From contig CAJGCL010000001.1 in assembly GCA_904501675.1 (NCBI GenBank), positions 6,528 to 70,527 on the forward strand: a stretch of 64,000 bases of DNA, written 5' to 3'. The notes beneath the pieces are model-generated. The model was not told the DNA's origin and ran no database searches. It saw only the letters and a list, made by a program, of their open reading frames with translations. The DNA comes from Clostridiaceae bacterium (GTDB taxonomy: Bacteria > Bacillota > Clostridia > Oscillospirales > Acutalibacteraceae). A program made the position numbers and the translations under genes. This document shows positions 28,339-38,117 of the stretch, piece after piece (the stretch's first letter is position 1; every line of letters starts with the position of its first letter).

Positions 28339-29382
28339 TCAATTTTGATTTTCTAAAATTTTTTCGCGCCTCAATTGACCACAGGAGGCGTTAATATCGG
28401 AGCCCAAAGTTCGCCTTATTGTAACATTAAGTCCGTTTTTTTCAAGGATTGATTTAAATTGTTCGATAGAAGCATCGTCGCTTCTTGTGTGAGCCTTTTC
28501 CTTAACCTCATTGGCAGGAATAAGGTTTACATGGCATAATATACCTTTTAATCTTTTTGACAACTCTCTTGCACATTCAGGCGTATCGTTAACACCCTTC
28601 ATCATAGCATACTCAAAAGAAATGCGCCTTGATGTTGTATCAGCATACACTTTACATGCATCAAGAAGCTGGTCAACATTCCAACTTTTGTTAACAGGCA
28701 TAATTCTCGAACGGATTTCATCGTTTGGCGCATGAAGAGAAACTGAAAGCGTAAGCTGTGGCTTTCTTTCAAGTAAATCATAAATACGAGGAACAATACC
28801 ACTTGTTGAAAGAGAAATATGCCTCATACCTATATTCAAGCCATTTTCATCGCTTACAAGCGCCAAAAACTTCATTACATTATCAAAGTTATCAAGAGGC
28901 TCGCCCATACCCATTAAAACGATACGTGATATGCGAAGGCCTAAATCTCTTTGGGCTGTATATATCTGACTGAGAATCTCTGAAGGACGAAGGTGCCTTT
29001 TAAATCCACCTATACCTGAGGCACAAAAAGCGCAACCCATTTTACAACCCACCTGAGTAGAAACACATATTGTGTGGCCATATTTATAATCCATAACCAC
29101 ACACTCTAAGTATTCTCCATCAGGCAAAGAATACAGGTATTTTACCGTATTATCATACCTCGAAACAAGTTTTTTTTCAATAGTACAGGAAAAAATGACA
29201 AAATTGTCATTTAATTTACAAATTAAGTCTTTGGAAATATTGGTCATTTCCGAAAATTCGGTAACACCTTTTTTATGTATCCAATCATAAATCTGCTTTG
29301 CCCTGAATTTCGGAAGACCCATAGCTTTCAATTCAATTTCAAGCTCCTGAAGATTTAATGAAGCAATATCTTTTTTATCCAT
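28339..29382 (-). CDS. rlmN: 23S rRNA (adenine2503-C2)-methyltransferase
   Basis: Radical SAM CKMGCAFC, FRAKQIYDWI N-terminus. ATG 29380-29382 chosen; in-frame GTG at 29388 is also possible. Confidence 0.93.
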   Translation of the reverse strand: MDKKDIASLNLQELEIELKAMGLPKFRAKQIYDWIHKKGVTEFSEMTNISKDLICKLNDNFVIFSCTIEKKLVSRYDNTVKYLYSLPDGEYLECVVMDYKYGHTICVSTQVGCKMGCAFCASGIGGFKRHLRPSEILSQIYTAQRDLGLRISRIVLMGMGEPLDNFDNVMKFLALVSDENGLNIGMRHISLSTSGIVPRIYDLLERKPQLTLSVSLHAPNDEIRSRIMPVNKSWNVDQLLDACKVYADTTSRRISFEYAMMKGVNDTPECARELSKRLKGILCHVNLIPANEVKEKAHTRSDDASIEQFKSILEKNGLNVTIRRTLGSDINASCGQLRREKILENQN

Positions 29383-29388
29383 AAACAC

Positions 29389-30705
29389 TTACTTTCTTTC
29401 AAACAACGCTATAAAAAAGCCATCACAATTATTTGTATGCATCAGCAATGTTAAATAATCACCCTCATCAATGGTGCGTTTTATATCAGGCAACACCTTA
29501 ACAGATACGAAATCCGGATGCTTTTTTAAAAAAGCATCGCATACCTTTCGGTTTTCGTTAGGGTTAACTGAGCAAGTTGAATAAACAAGCCTTCCACCCT
29601 TTTTTACGTATTGAGAAGATGTTTCAAGAATCTTTTTCTGAATAGGTATAATTTCTTTTGTTTCATCAAGCTTTTTATATTTTATTTCAGGTTTCTTGCC
29701 TATAATTCCAAGACCTGAACACAACACATCGCACAAAACTCTGTCTGCCTGAGGAAAAGATTCACTAAAAACAGTAGCATCATTAACACAAGGTTTTATA
29801 CAACTAAGTCTCAACCTTTCTGCTCCCTGCTTTATCAAATCAACCCTTTGCTCATATATATCGCAGGAGTACAGAACCCCTTCGTTCTTCATATCCTCTG
29901 CAATACTGAAGGTTTTGCCGCCAGGTGCGGCACACACATCAATTGCGGTACATCCCTCAAAAGCACCTAAAGCCTCAACGCAAAGCTGCGAAGATAAATC
30001 TTCTACATGAAAATACCCTTTTTTGTAGCTTTCCAAATGGTAAACTGCACCATTAAGGATAAGTTCAAGAGCATTTTTAAGATATGTTTTTTCTGCAATT
30101 ACGCCTTCCTCTTTTAAAAAGCCAATTAATTCATCAGGGGTTATTTTAGTTGTGTTTACTTTTACAAATATCTTTTTAGGCTCTAACGCGCTTTTTAAAA
30201 ACGAAACTGTGTTTTCAGTCCCGTAATGATATTGAAGGAATTTAACAAGTTCAATAGGTGCAGAATACTCAACAGATATTCTTTCTGATGTATCTTCTAT
30301 ACCATCAAAGCACAAATCATCTTGAGATATTTTTCGTAAAACTGCATTTATCATACCTGATGCATATGCACACTTGTTGGTTTTAGCAAGGTTAACGCTT
30401 TCATTAACTGCCGCTGAGGTTGGTATTTTATCAGAAAAAAGAAGTTGATATGCACCAAGACGCAAAATAACAATCACATCTGTTTTAGTTTTTAAAAGAG
30501 GCTTTGAAAGATATTTTGAAATAATATAATCAAGCGTGATTTTGCGTTCTACAACGCCATATACAAGGCGTGAAATAAAAGCACAATCAGTGCTGTTACG
30601 GCCGAGACCTTTAACAGCACTGTCTATAGCAAGGTTTGAATAAGCCTTTTCCTTTTCAATTTTCAAAAGAATTTCAAAGGCTATCTGCCTTGCGGATTTA
30701 ATCAT
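29389..30705 (-). CDS. rsmB: 16S rRNA (cytosine967-C5)-methyltransferase
   Basis: NusB-like N-terminal domain, SAM site CAAPGGKT, catalytic YSTCS. Confidence 0.93.
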   Translation of the reverse strand: MIKSARQIAFEILLKIEKEKAYSNLAIDSAVKGLGRNSTDCAFISRLVYGVVERKITLDYIISKYLSKPLLKTKTDVIVILRLGAYQLLFSDKIPTSAAVNESVNLAKTNKCAYASGMINAVLRKISQDDLCFDGIEDTSERISVEYSAPIELVKFLQYHYGTENTVSFLKSALEPKKIFVKVNTTKITPDELIGFLKEEGVIAEKTYLKNALELILNGAVYHLESYKKGYFHVEDLSSQLCVEALGAFEGCTAIDVCAAPGGKTFSIAEDMKNEGVLYSCDIYEQRVDLIKQGAERLRLSCIKPCVNDATVFSESFPQADRVLCDVLCSGLGIIGKKPEIKYKKLDETKEIIPIQKKILETSSQYVKKGGRLVYSTCSVNPNENRKVCDAFLKKHPDFVSVKVLPDIKRTIDEGDYLTLLMHTNNCDGFFIALFERK

Positions 30706-31397
30706 TACCTTCTTCTCCCGGTAAATCTGAGTATAAGTCTTAAAAGGTTTGCAACGCTTACTGCAAGAGCTGCAACATATGTCATAGCGGCAGCCTTAAG
30801 AACCTTTGTTGCACCAAGTTTTTCCTCAAATGTTAAAAGTCCATTTGATTCGATAACAGAAATTGCTCTGTTGCTTGCATTGAATTCAACAGGCAAGGTT
30901 ATTAACTGAAAGACAACAACAAACGAGAAAAAGCCGATTCCAATCCACACCAACGGCTCAAAGCCCATAAGAAAGCCTGCAATAACAAGAGGAATAGAAA
31001 GAGTCTGTCCGATATTACATACAGGCAAAACCATATTGCGGATTTTTATTGGCGCATAGCTTTGAGCATGCTGAGCAGCATGACCAGCCTCATGGCAAGC
31101 AATACCTACAGCCGCAATTGAACTACCACCAAATACGCCATCAGAAAGGGCGATAATTTTCTTTGTCGGGTCATAATGGTCGGTTAATTTACCTGATGTA
31201 TGAACAACCTGAACATCTTTTATTCCATAATAATCGAGCACTGTTTGCGCTGCCTGTGCACCTGTAATACCGCGTGCGTTCCCTACTTTAGAGAATTTTG
31301 AATAAGTTGATTTAAGCCTTGCATGAACTATAAGTGATGCAATTATAACGGGAAGAACAAGAACAACATAGTAATAATCAAAATAATAATAAGGCAT
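30705..31397 (-). CDS. zinc metallopeptidase (membrane-associated, Zn_peptidase_2-type)
   Basis: HEAGHAAQH zinc motif flanked by TM segments. Confidence 0.8.
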   Translation of the reverse strand: MPYYYFDYYYVVLVLPVIIASLIVHARLKSTYSKFSKVGNARGITGAQAAQTVLDYYGIKDVQVVHTSGKLTDHYDPTKKIIALSDGVFGGSSIAAVGIACHEAGHAAQHAQSYAPIKIRNMVLPVCNIGQTLSIPLVIAGFLMGFEPLVWIGIGFFSFVVVFQLITLPVEFNASNRAISVIESNGLLTFEEKLGATKVLKAAAMTYVAALAVSVANLLRLILRFTGRRR

Positions 31398-31484
31398 TTA
31401 TAACACTCCTTTTTACCTTCTGATAATTATTCTACACTTTAATATTTAAAAAATGAAAAATACTCTATTAACAAAATATGAATA

Positions 31485-32414
31485 TTATCCCAGAATAGTG
31501 CCTTCAGCCAACTGACAACCTCTTAAGAAATCTGCGGCATTCATACGTTTTTTACCTTCGTACTGCACTTCGGTTATAACAACAGCTTTTCCGTCTCCGC
31601 AGAAAACACCTAAACCTTTTTTGAGAGCAACTGCCTCGCCTGCTTTGCCTGAACCCAAAGTCTCATCTATATACGAACGGAAAAGTTTAAGATTTTTACC
31701 GTTTAATGTAGTCTGGGCAACAGGCCAAGGGTCAAGACCGCGAATCTGATTATGAATTTCAAAAGCAGATTTTGACCAATCAACAGGAGACATTGTTTTA
31801 TCAAGCATTGCTGCATGAGTGCTCTTTGAATCGTCTTGTTTAATCGGATTGATTTCGTTATTTTCTATTGCTTTAAGCGTTTTAACAAGCAAATCGGCAC
31901 CGATAACTGTTAATCTTTCATACAAATCTCCTGAAGTTTCATTTTCAAGAATTTTTGTTTTTTCAGTGAAAAGAATATCGCCTGTATCAACGCCAACATC
32001 CATTTGTTGGGCAGTAACGCCTGCATACTCTTTACCATCAAGAATACTTCGCTGAATAGGCGCAGCGCCTCTGTATTCAGGAAGAATTGACCCATGGATA
32101 TTGATGCATCCGTATTGTGGAAAATTAAGAAATTCCTTTGGAAGAATTTTACCATATGCAACAACAGCACAAACATCAGGCTTTAATTCTTCAAGAATTT
32201 TTACGCCTTCACCATTTTTAAAGGTTTCAGGCTGAAAAACAGGGATATTGTTTTCAAGAGCTGTAACCTTTACCGGTGGTGGAGTAAGAATTGCTTTTCT
32301 ACCTACAGGCTTATCAGGTTGGGTGAAAACACCAACAACCTCAAATCCATTTTCAATTATTGCTTTTAATGGGGCAACTGCAAAATCAGGAGTGCCCATA
32401 TAAACTACTTTCAT
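31485..32414 (-). CDS. fmt: methionyl-tRNA formyltransferase
   Basis: MKVVYMGTPDFA N-terminus, HGSILPEYRGAAPIQ. Start trimmed to ATG 32412-32414, 1 nt after the def stop. Confidence 0.94.
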   Translation of the reverse strand: MKVVYMGTPDFAVAPLKAIIENGFEVVGVFTQPDKPVGRKAILTPPPVKVTALENNIPVFQPETFKNGEGVKILEELKPDVCAVVAYGKILPKEFLNFPQYGCINIHGSILPEYRGAAPIQRSILDGKEYAGVTAQQMDVGVDTGDILFTEKTKILENETSGDLYERLTVIGADLLVKTLKAIENNEINPIKQDDSKSTHAAMLDKTMSPVDWSKSAFEIHNQIRGLDPWPVAQTTLNGKNLKLFRSYIDETLGSGKAGEAVALKKGLGVFCGDGKAVVITEVQYEGKKRMNAADFLRGCQLAEGTILG

Positions 32415-32415
32415 T

Positions 32416-32898
32416 TTATTGCTCCGAATCTGTTCTGTAAAGAACTTCGCCTTCATCTAATTTATCTTTATACAAAATACCATCAAGGTGGTCTATTTCA
32501 TGGCAGAAGCAACGGGCTTTAAGCCCCTCACCCTTATAAAGACACCATTTACCTTCGCGATTTTGCGCCTTAACTTTAACCACGTTAGGACGAGTAACAG
32601 TACCACAAAGACCAGGAAGAGAAAGGCAACCCTCTGTACCTGTCTGTTCACCCTGCACTTCAGTAATTTCAGGATTTATAAGCTCAATATAGTCATTACG
32701 GTCTTCACTTACATCCATAACAACAACCCTTCTTAACGCGCCTACCTGCACACCTGCAAGGCCTACACCGCCTGAATTATACATAGTATCCTTCATATCA
32801 TCAAGAAGTTCAAAAAGTCTGTCGTTAAACTCTGTTATTGGTCTTGATTTTTTTCTTAAAATAGGGTCATCGTCTACCCTGATATTTCTGATTGCCAT
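32416..32898 (-). CDS. def: peptide deformylase
   Basis: Motifs GVGLAGVQ, EGCLS, HEIDHL. Confidence 0.96.
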   Translation of the reverse strand: MAIRNIRVDDDPILRKKSRPITEFNDRLFELLDDMKDTMYNSGGVGLAGVQVGALRRVVVMDVSEDRNDYIELINPEITEVQGEQTGTEGCLSLPGLCGTVTRPNVVKVKAQNREGKWCLYKGEGLKARCFCHEIDHLDGILYKDKLDEGEVLYRTDSEQ

Positions 32899-32913
32899 TT
32901 TCTTTTTTCACCT

Positions 32914-35367
32914 TTACATCAATGGATTGATATCAATGGTTATGTTAGCACCATTTGATTGAATATTTTTCATATAATCTTTAACAAGAGAAGCCATCAT
33001 CTGACGGAAACGCTTATTATTTTTACATTTTATCGTGATTATATTTCTGTATTTGTTACTTATTTTATTAACACGAGGTTGAATTGGCCCTAAAACATTG
33101 ATTTTTATATCTTTATATTCCTCTGAAACTGCGTTCTTAAGCATATCGAAGAAATTACGGGCACAATTATATGATTTATTGTATTGCTCACTTGAAAAAG
33201 TCAACGAACAAATGTCACAGAAAGGCGGATAAACCATACTTTTTCTGATTATTGCTTCAGTTTCGTAAAAACTTTCATAATCCTGCGCACAAGATAGTTC
33301 AATAATATCATTTTCAGGCAACAAGGTCTGAATATAAGCAGTACCCTTTTCTGTACCTCTGCCCGAGCGACCAATAACTTGTGTAAGCAAATCAAACGCT
33401 TTTTCACTGCTTCTAAAGTCGTCATTGTACAACTGATGGTCTATAGATATAATACCAACAAGAGTAACATTAGGGAAATCAAGCCCTTTTGCTACCATCT
33501 GGGTACCTAAAAGAATATCATATTCCCCATTTGCAAAAGCAGTCAATTTATCCTGATAAGAATATCTTGCCATTGTTGTATCTGCATCCATTCTTAGAAT
33601 GCGGGCATTAGGAAAGATTGTTTCCAGCTCGTCTTCTATACGCTGAGTACCATACCCTGCATAAGAAACTGCTTTTTCGTTACATACAGGGCAAGTATCC
33701 GTATAGCTCTGAGAATGGCCACAATAATGACACATCAAGCGATTATTAGCGCTATGATATGTTAAAGAAATACTGCAATTAGGACAGCTAATAACACTTT
33801 TACAAGCACTGCAAGTGGCAAAAGTATTAAATCCACGCCTATTCATAAGAAGAATCGCCTGTTTTTTGTTTCCAAGACATTCTTCAACTGCATTAAAAAG
33901 CTCGTTGCTTATAGGCCCTTTGGTATTTGATATATCAACAGTTTTAACATCAGGTAAAACAGCACTTCCGTAACGTTTATCAAGCTTTACAAGACCATAC
34001 CTTCCGTTTATTGCATTTGTATATGTTTCAATAGAAGGTGTTGCAGATGCAAGAACAAGCAACGCATTATTATGAGTGCACCTGAATTTTGCAACATCTC
34101 TTGCATGGTAACGAGGAGACATTTCTGATTTATAAGTGTGCTCCTGCTCTTCGTCCATAACAATCAGACCAAGATTCTTGAAAGGTGCAAAAACAGCAGA
34201 ACGAGTACCTATAGCAATTTTAGCTTCACCTTTTTTTACTCTTTTCCATTCATCTATTCTCTCACCTGCAGATAATGCGCTATGAAAAACAGCAACGCTA
34301 TCGCCAAAATGAGAATAAAAGATGTTAAGCGTCTGCGGTGTTAAAGCGATTTCAGGCACCATAACAATAACACCTTTACCGTCATTAACAACATCCTCGA
34401 TAAGCTTGAGGAAAACCTGAGTTTTACCGCTACCGGTAACACCATATAAAAGATAAGCTGCAGGACTATTTTCCTTGTACTTTGAAAGAAGTTCATTATA
34501 TGCCTTACTCTGAGAATCCGTAAGGCTTGGTGATTCAGCTTTTTTACTCTTCACTTCATATCGTGGTTTACGATATATTTCGCTATCAAAAAGTTGAACG
34601 ATCCCTTTCTTTTCAAGGGCAGTAACAACTGCAGGAGTAACACCGCAAAAATAACAAACCTCTTTTACGGACGCTCCGCCAATATCAATAAGAATATTTG
34701 TTACACTTTTCTGCTTTGCGGTTAATGATTTACACTTTTCCTCTGCTTCTTCCTCGGATATTGCAAGGCGCACATTTTTTACTGTTAAATCTCCGGTTTT
34801 ACGCTTTGTATCTACATTAGAAAGCAAAATACCCTTTTTCTCCAGTTTCTGAAAGATATCAGAATCTGTAGCAAAGCCTAAATCCGAACAAATTTTTTCT
34901 TTTTTTACATATTTCCCTTGATTTTTCAGATATTCATATACTCTTTTTTCATCAAAATCAAGTTTATCAATAACAGAAAAATCCGCATCATTTGCTACAT
35001 AGGAAACAACATAACTAAGACCTATACCCGCAGGAAGCATTGACCTTGCCGCCTCGAAAAGCGTACAAAAAGTATTCTCTTTGAGCCATATAACGAGAGA
35101 AAGCATTTCTTCATCAAAAAGCGGTGCATCATCTAACACCGAAGTTATTGATTTGAGTTTTTCTACGTTTTCAGCCTCAAAAAGTGGCTTCACAGACAGT
35201 ATAAGCCCTTGTTTTTTCTTGTTTGCGTTGCCGAAAGGCACCATTACCCTACATCCCGCTACGGCTTTAGATTCAAGTTCGAAGGGAATTTTATATGAAT
35301 ACGGTGCATCAAAATGATACACAAGACCTTCAACGGCAACAAGTGCAAAATAAGCGGATTCACCCAT
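32914..35367 (-). CDS. priA: primosomal replication restart protein N'
   Basis: Walker A GVTGSGKT, MDEEQEH box, four CxxC zinc-finger pairs (CSACKSVISCPNC...CHYCGH...CPVC). Confidence 0.95.
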   Translation of the reverse strand: MGESAYFALVAVEGLVYHFDAPYSYKIPFELESKAVAGCRVMVPFGNANKKKQGLILSVKPLFEAENVEKLKSITSVLDDAPLFDEEMLSLVIWLKENTFCTLFEAARSMLPAGIGLSYVVSYVANDADFSVIDKLDFDEKRVYEYLKNQGKYVKKEKICSDLGFATDSDIFQKLEKKGILLSNVDTKRKTGDLTVKNVRLAISEEEAEEKCKSLTAKQKSVTNILIDIGGASVKEVCYFCGVTPAVVTALEKKGIVQLFDSEIYRKPRYEVKSKKAESPSLTDSQSKAYNELLSKYKENSPAAYLLYGVTGSGKTQVFLKLIEDVVNDGKGVIVMVPEIALTPQTLNIFYSHFGDSVAVFHSALSAGERIDEWKRVKKGEAKIAIGTRSAVFAPFKNLGLIVMDEEQEHTYKSEMSPRYHARDVAKFRCTHNNALLVLASATPSIETYTNAINGRYGLVKLDKRYGSAVLPDVKTVDISNTKGPISNELFNAVEECLGNKKQAILLMNRRGFNTFATCSACKSVISCPNCSISLTYHSANNRLMCHYCGHSQSYTDTCPVCNEKAVSYAGYGTQRIEDELETIFPNARILRMDADTTMARYSYQDKLTAFANGEYDILLGTQMVAKGLDFPNVTLVGIISIDHQLYNDDFRSSEKAFDLLTQVIGRSGRGTEKGTAYIQTLLPENDIIELSCAQDYESFYETEAIIRKSMVYPPFCDICSLTFSSEQYNKSYNCARNFFDMLKNAVSEEYKDIKINVLGPIQPRVNKISNKYRNIITIKCKNNKRFRQMMASLVKDYMKNIQSNGANITIDINPLM

Positions 35368-35369
35368 AG

Positions 35370-35579
35370 TCAGATATTTGCGATTTCGTCTGGTTCGATA
35401 ATTTTGTACTCTTCGTTAAGGAACTCATTAAGAGCAACGCTTACAGGTTTCTCTGTTGAGATAACCTTATCTTCGAGATTTTTGTCTGAAATAGCGCGAG
35501 CTCTCTTCGCAGTTGCTGTTACGAGAGAGTAACGGCTGATGTGTCCTTTAAGAACTTTTGAAAGATCCTGATTAAGCAT
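35370..35579 (-). CDS. rpoZ: DNA-directed RNA polymerase subunit omega
   Basis: SRYSLVTATAKRARAI motif. Start trimmed to MLNQDLSK (ATG 35577-35579). Lies between gmk and priA. Confidence 0.88.
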   Translation of the reverse strand: MLNQDLSKVLKGHISRYSLVTATAKRARAISDKNLEDKVISTEKPVSVALNEFLNEEYKIIEPDEIANI

Positions 35580-35604
35580 AATTATTATTTCCTTTCGGTT
35601 TAAA

Positions 35605-36219
35605 TTATTTATTACCCATATTATCAACTAAGCCTATCATTTTGTTGCAACGTGAGTTTTCTGCACTGATAATTGCACAAATATCGTCTGCACATTTGGA
35701 AAGGTCATCGTTAATAACAATATAGTCATATTCTTTTGCTCTTAAGAGCTCGTCCTGAGCAATTTCAAGACGTTTTTTGTATGTTTCCTCGGATTCAGTA
35801 CCTCTACCCTTCAAACGACTTTTAAGAGCCTCTATTGATGGAGGTATGATAAATACTGATACTGACTCGGGAAAAGCTTTACGAACATTACCTGCACCCT
35901 CAACCTCTATTTTAAGAAAAACATTATAGCCTTCTTCAATAAGCTCTTCTATTTTCTTTTGGGGAGTGCCGTAATAGTTATCGCCATATTTAACATATTC
36001 AAGGAAGTAGCCTTCCTCAATGTTTTTTTCAAAGGTAGGAACATCTGTAAACCAATAGTCAACGCCATCAACTTCACCATCACGCATTGGACGGGTTGTC
36101 ATTGAAATTGACTGCTTCATATTTAAATCTCTTTTACGAAGTTCTGCAAGAACAGTATCCTTACCTGAGCCTGAAGGACCTGAAAGAACTATCAAAAGAC
36201 CTTTATTCTCCAAAGCCAA
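35605..36219 (-). CDS. gmk: guanylate kinase
   Basis: P-loop SGPSGSGKDT. No ATG lies upstream of the P-loop outside remA. TTG at 36217-36219, seven nt downstream of AAGGAGG, is the proposed start and overlaps the remA 3' end by 17 nt. Confidence 0.88.
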   Translation of the reverse strand: MALENKGLLIVLSGPSGSGKDTVLAELRKRDLNMKQSISMTTRPMRDGEVDGVDYWFTDVPTFEKNIEEGYFLEYVKYGDNYYGTPQKKIEELIEEGYNVFLKIEVEGAGNVRKAFPESVSVFIIPPSIEALKSRLKGRGTESEETYKKRLEIAQDELLRAKEYDYIVINDDLSKCADDICAIISAENSRCNKMIGLVDNMGNK

Positions 36220-36469
36220 ACTCCTGACCTCCTTTTTCTGCCTCGAAGCGTTGCAAAAGTTGCTCCGCACCAAGAAATGATAACACAACATTATCACTAT
36301 CTGTAATTATAACTGTTTTTGTTTTTCTGCCGTGAGTAGCGTCAATAAGCTGTGCTCTTTCTCTGCACTCCTGAATCATTCTTTTGGCAGGTGCAGATTC
36401 GGGACTTATAACGGCAATGACTCTGTCGGCATTGATAAGATTACCAAAACCAATATTAACAAGTTTCAT
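36203..36469 (-). CDS. remA: extracellular matrix/biofilm regulator RemA (DUF370)
   Basis: MKLVNIGFGNLINADRVIAVISPESAPAKRMIQ closely parallels B. subtilis RemA/YlzA. Confidence 0.9.
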   Translation of the reverse strand: MKLVNIGFGNLINADRVIAVISPESAPAKRMIQECRERAQLIDATHGRKTKTVIITDSDNVVLSFLGAEQLLQRFEAEKGGQEFGFGE

Positions 36470-36475
36470 ATAAAA

Positions 36476-37354
36476 TCACTCTATATTCTGAATTTGCTCT
36501 CTTATTTTTTCAACCTCGGCCTTAATATCAATAACTCTGCGAGCTATGTCAACATCCTGAGCTTTTGAGCCGATTGTGTTTGCCTCACGATTAATTTCTT
36601 GAATAAGGAAATCAAGCTTTCTACCTACCGCTTCATCAGATGCGAGCATTTCATGAAGCTGGTCAATATGGCTTCTGAGCCTTACAGTTTCTTCTGCAAC
36701 AGCAATTTTATCTGCATAAATAGCAGCTTCTGTAAGAATTCTTGTTTCATCAATCTGAGTATCACCGAGAACATTCTTCATTCTTTCAAGAAGCTTTTCA
36801 GAATAAAGCTTTACTGTTTCAGGAGAACGCTCTTCAATGTATGAAACATTACTTAAAATTGTATCTGCTCTTGAAAGAACGTCTTCGCTGAGTCGTTTAC
36901 CTTCGGTTTCTCTCATTGATACAAAACCTGCAAGAGCTTCGCTTACAACTGGTGAAACCTTCGCCCAAAGCTCATCCTCATCAACAGGAGCTTTTGAAAT
37001 TGACAAAACATCAGAAAATCTTGCTACTGAAAGAGCGGTTAAATCCTCTGATATACCGAATTTCTCGGAAATTTCTTTAACTGCATCAACATAACCCTTC
37101 GCAAGAGGCTCATTAACAGAAACAACTACGCTTTCATCAGCTGTTGCCTCAAGCTGAATTGAACACTCAACCTTACCTCTTGAGATACCTGTTGAAAGAA
37201 GAGCTTTAACTTTTTCCTCAAGAAATGAATATGTACGAGGAAGTTTTGCGTAAAACTCAAAATAGCGATGATTCACGCTGCGGATTTCAACAGTGATATT
37301 ATAACCTTCAACAGATGCCTGTGCTCTGCCAAAGCCTGTCATACTTCTTACCAT
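36476..37354 (-). CDS. YicC/YloC family endoribonuclease
   Basis: SMTGFGRA N-terminus, SVNHRY motif, C-terminal EVEKIREQIQNIE. Confidence 0.9.
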   Translation of the reverse strand: MVRSMTGFGRAQASVEGYNITVEIRSVNHRYFEFYAKLPRTYSFLEEKVKALLSTGISRGKVECSIQLEATADESVVVSVNEPLAKGYVDAVKEISEKFGISEDLTALSVARFSDVLSISKAPVDEDELWAKVSPVVSEALAGFVSMRETEGKRLSEDVLSRADTILSNVSYIEERSPETVKLYSEKLLERMKNVLGDTQIDETRILTEAAIYADKIAVAEETVRLRSHIDQLHEMLASDEAVGRKLDFLIQEINREANTIGSKAQDVDIARRVIDIKAEVEKIREQIQNIE

Positions 37355-37383
37355 AACTACAAATCCTTAAATTTTAATATTTA

Positions 37384-38103
37384 TTACTGAACCTGAAGAC
37401 GATGCACTTCATCCTCTGTAAGTTCGCGCCATTTGCCCACTTTAAGCATACCTAATTTAACTGAGCCAACAGAATTTCTTTTAAGTCTTATAACATCAAG
37501 ACTTACCTGCTCGCACATTTTACGAATCTGCCTGTTTCTGCCTTCGTAAATTGTAATTTCAAAAACACTTCTTTCTGCGCTTTTTTCAATAATGCGAACA
37601 CTTGCAGGTAATGTATCTCTGCCATCACCTTCAATATCAATTCCGTTTTCAAGTTTTTCAACCTGAGCATCATTTATATTAGAACGAACCGTAACACGAT
37701 ATGTTTTTGGAATATGCTTTCTCGGATGCATTACCGCATTAGCAAATTCACCATCGTTTGTTAAAAGAAGAAGACCTTCGGAATCTTTATCAAGCCTTCC
37801 TACGGGATAAACCGGAGCACCAACATCCTGAACAAGCTCTGCAACGCATTTTCTGCCAAGTTCATCGCTCATTGTCGTAACGTATCCTCGCGGCTTATTA
37901 AGCATAATGTAATATTTCTGCTTAACTGCAACAACCTTTTTTCCGCTTACTGTTACAGTATCTTTTTTTGGGTCAATTTTATCGCCTATCTGAGCAATTT
38001 TGCCATTAACCCTTACTTTGCCCTCTCTTATAAGCTCCTCCGATTTTCTGCGGGAAGCAACGGAGCATTCTGATAAAAACTTTTGTAATCTTTCCTGTGC
38101 CAT
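37384..38103 (-). CDS. rluB: 23S rRNA pseudouridine synthase RluB-type
   Basis: N-terminal S4 domain (RLQKFLSECSVASRRKSEELI) and catalytic GRLDKDSEGLLLLTNDG. Confidence 0.9.
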   Translation of the reverse strand: MAQERLQKFLSECSVASRRKSEELIREGKVRVNGKIAQIGDKIDPKKDTVTVSGKKVVAVKQKYYIMLNKPRGYVTTMSDELGRKCVAELVQDVGAPVYPVGRLDKDSEGLLLLTNDGEFANAVMHPRKHIPKTYRVTVRSNINDAQVEKLENGIDIEGDGRDTLPASVRIIEKSAERSVFEITIYEGRNRQIRKMCEQVSLDVIRLKRNSVGSVKLGMLKVGKWRELTEDEVHRLQVQ

Positions 38104-38117
38104 ATTTCACGTCCGTC

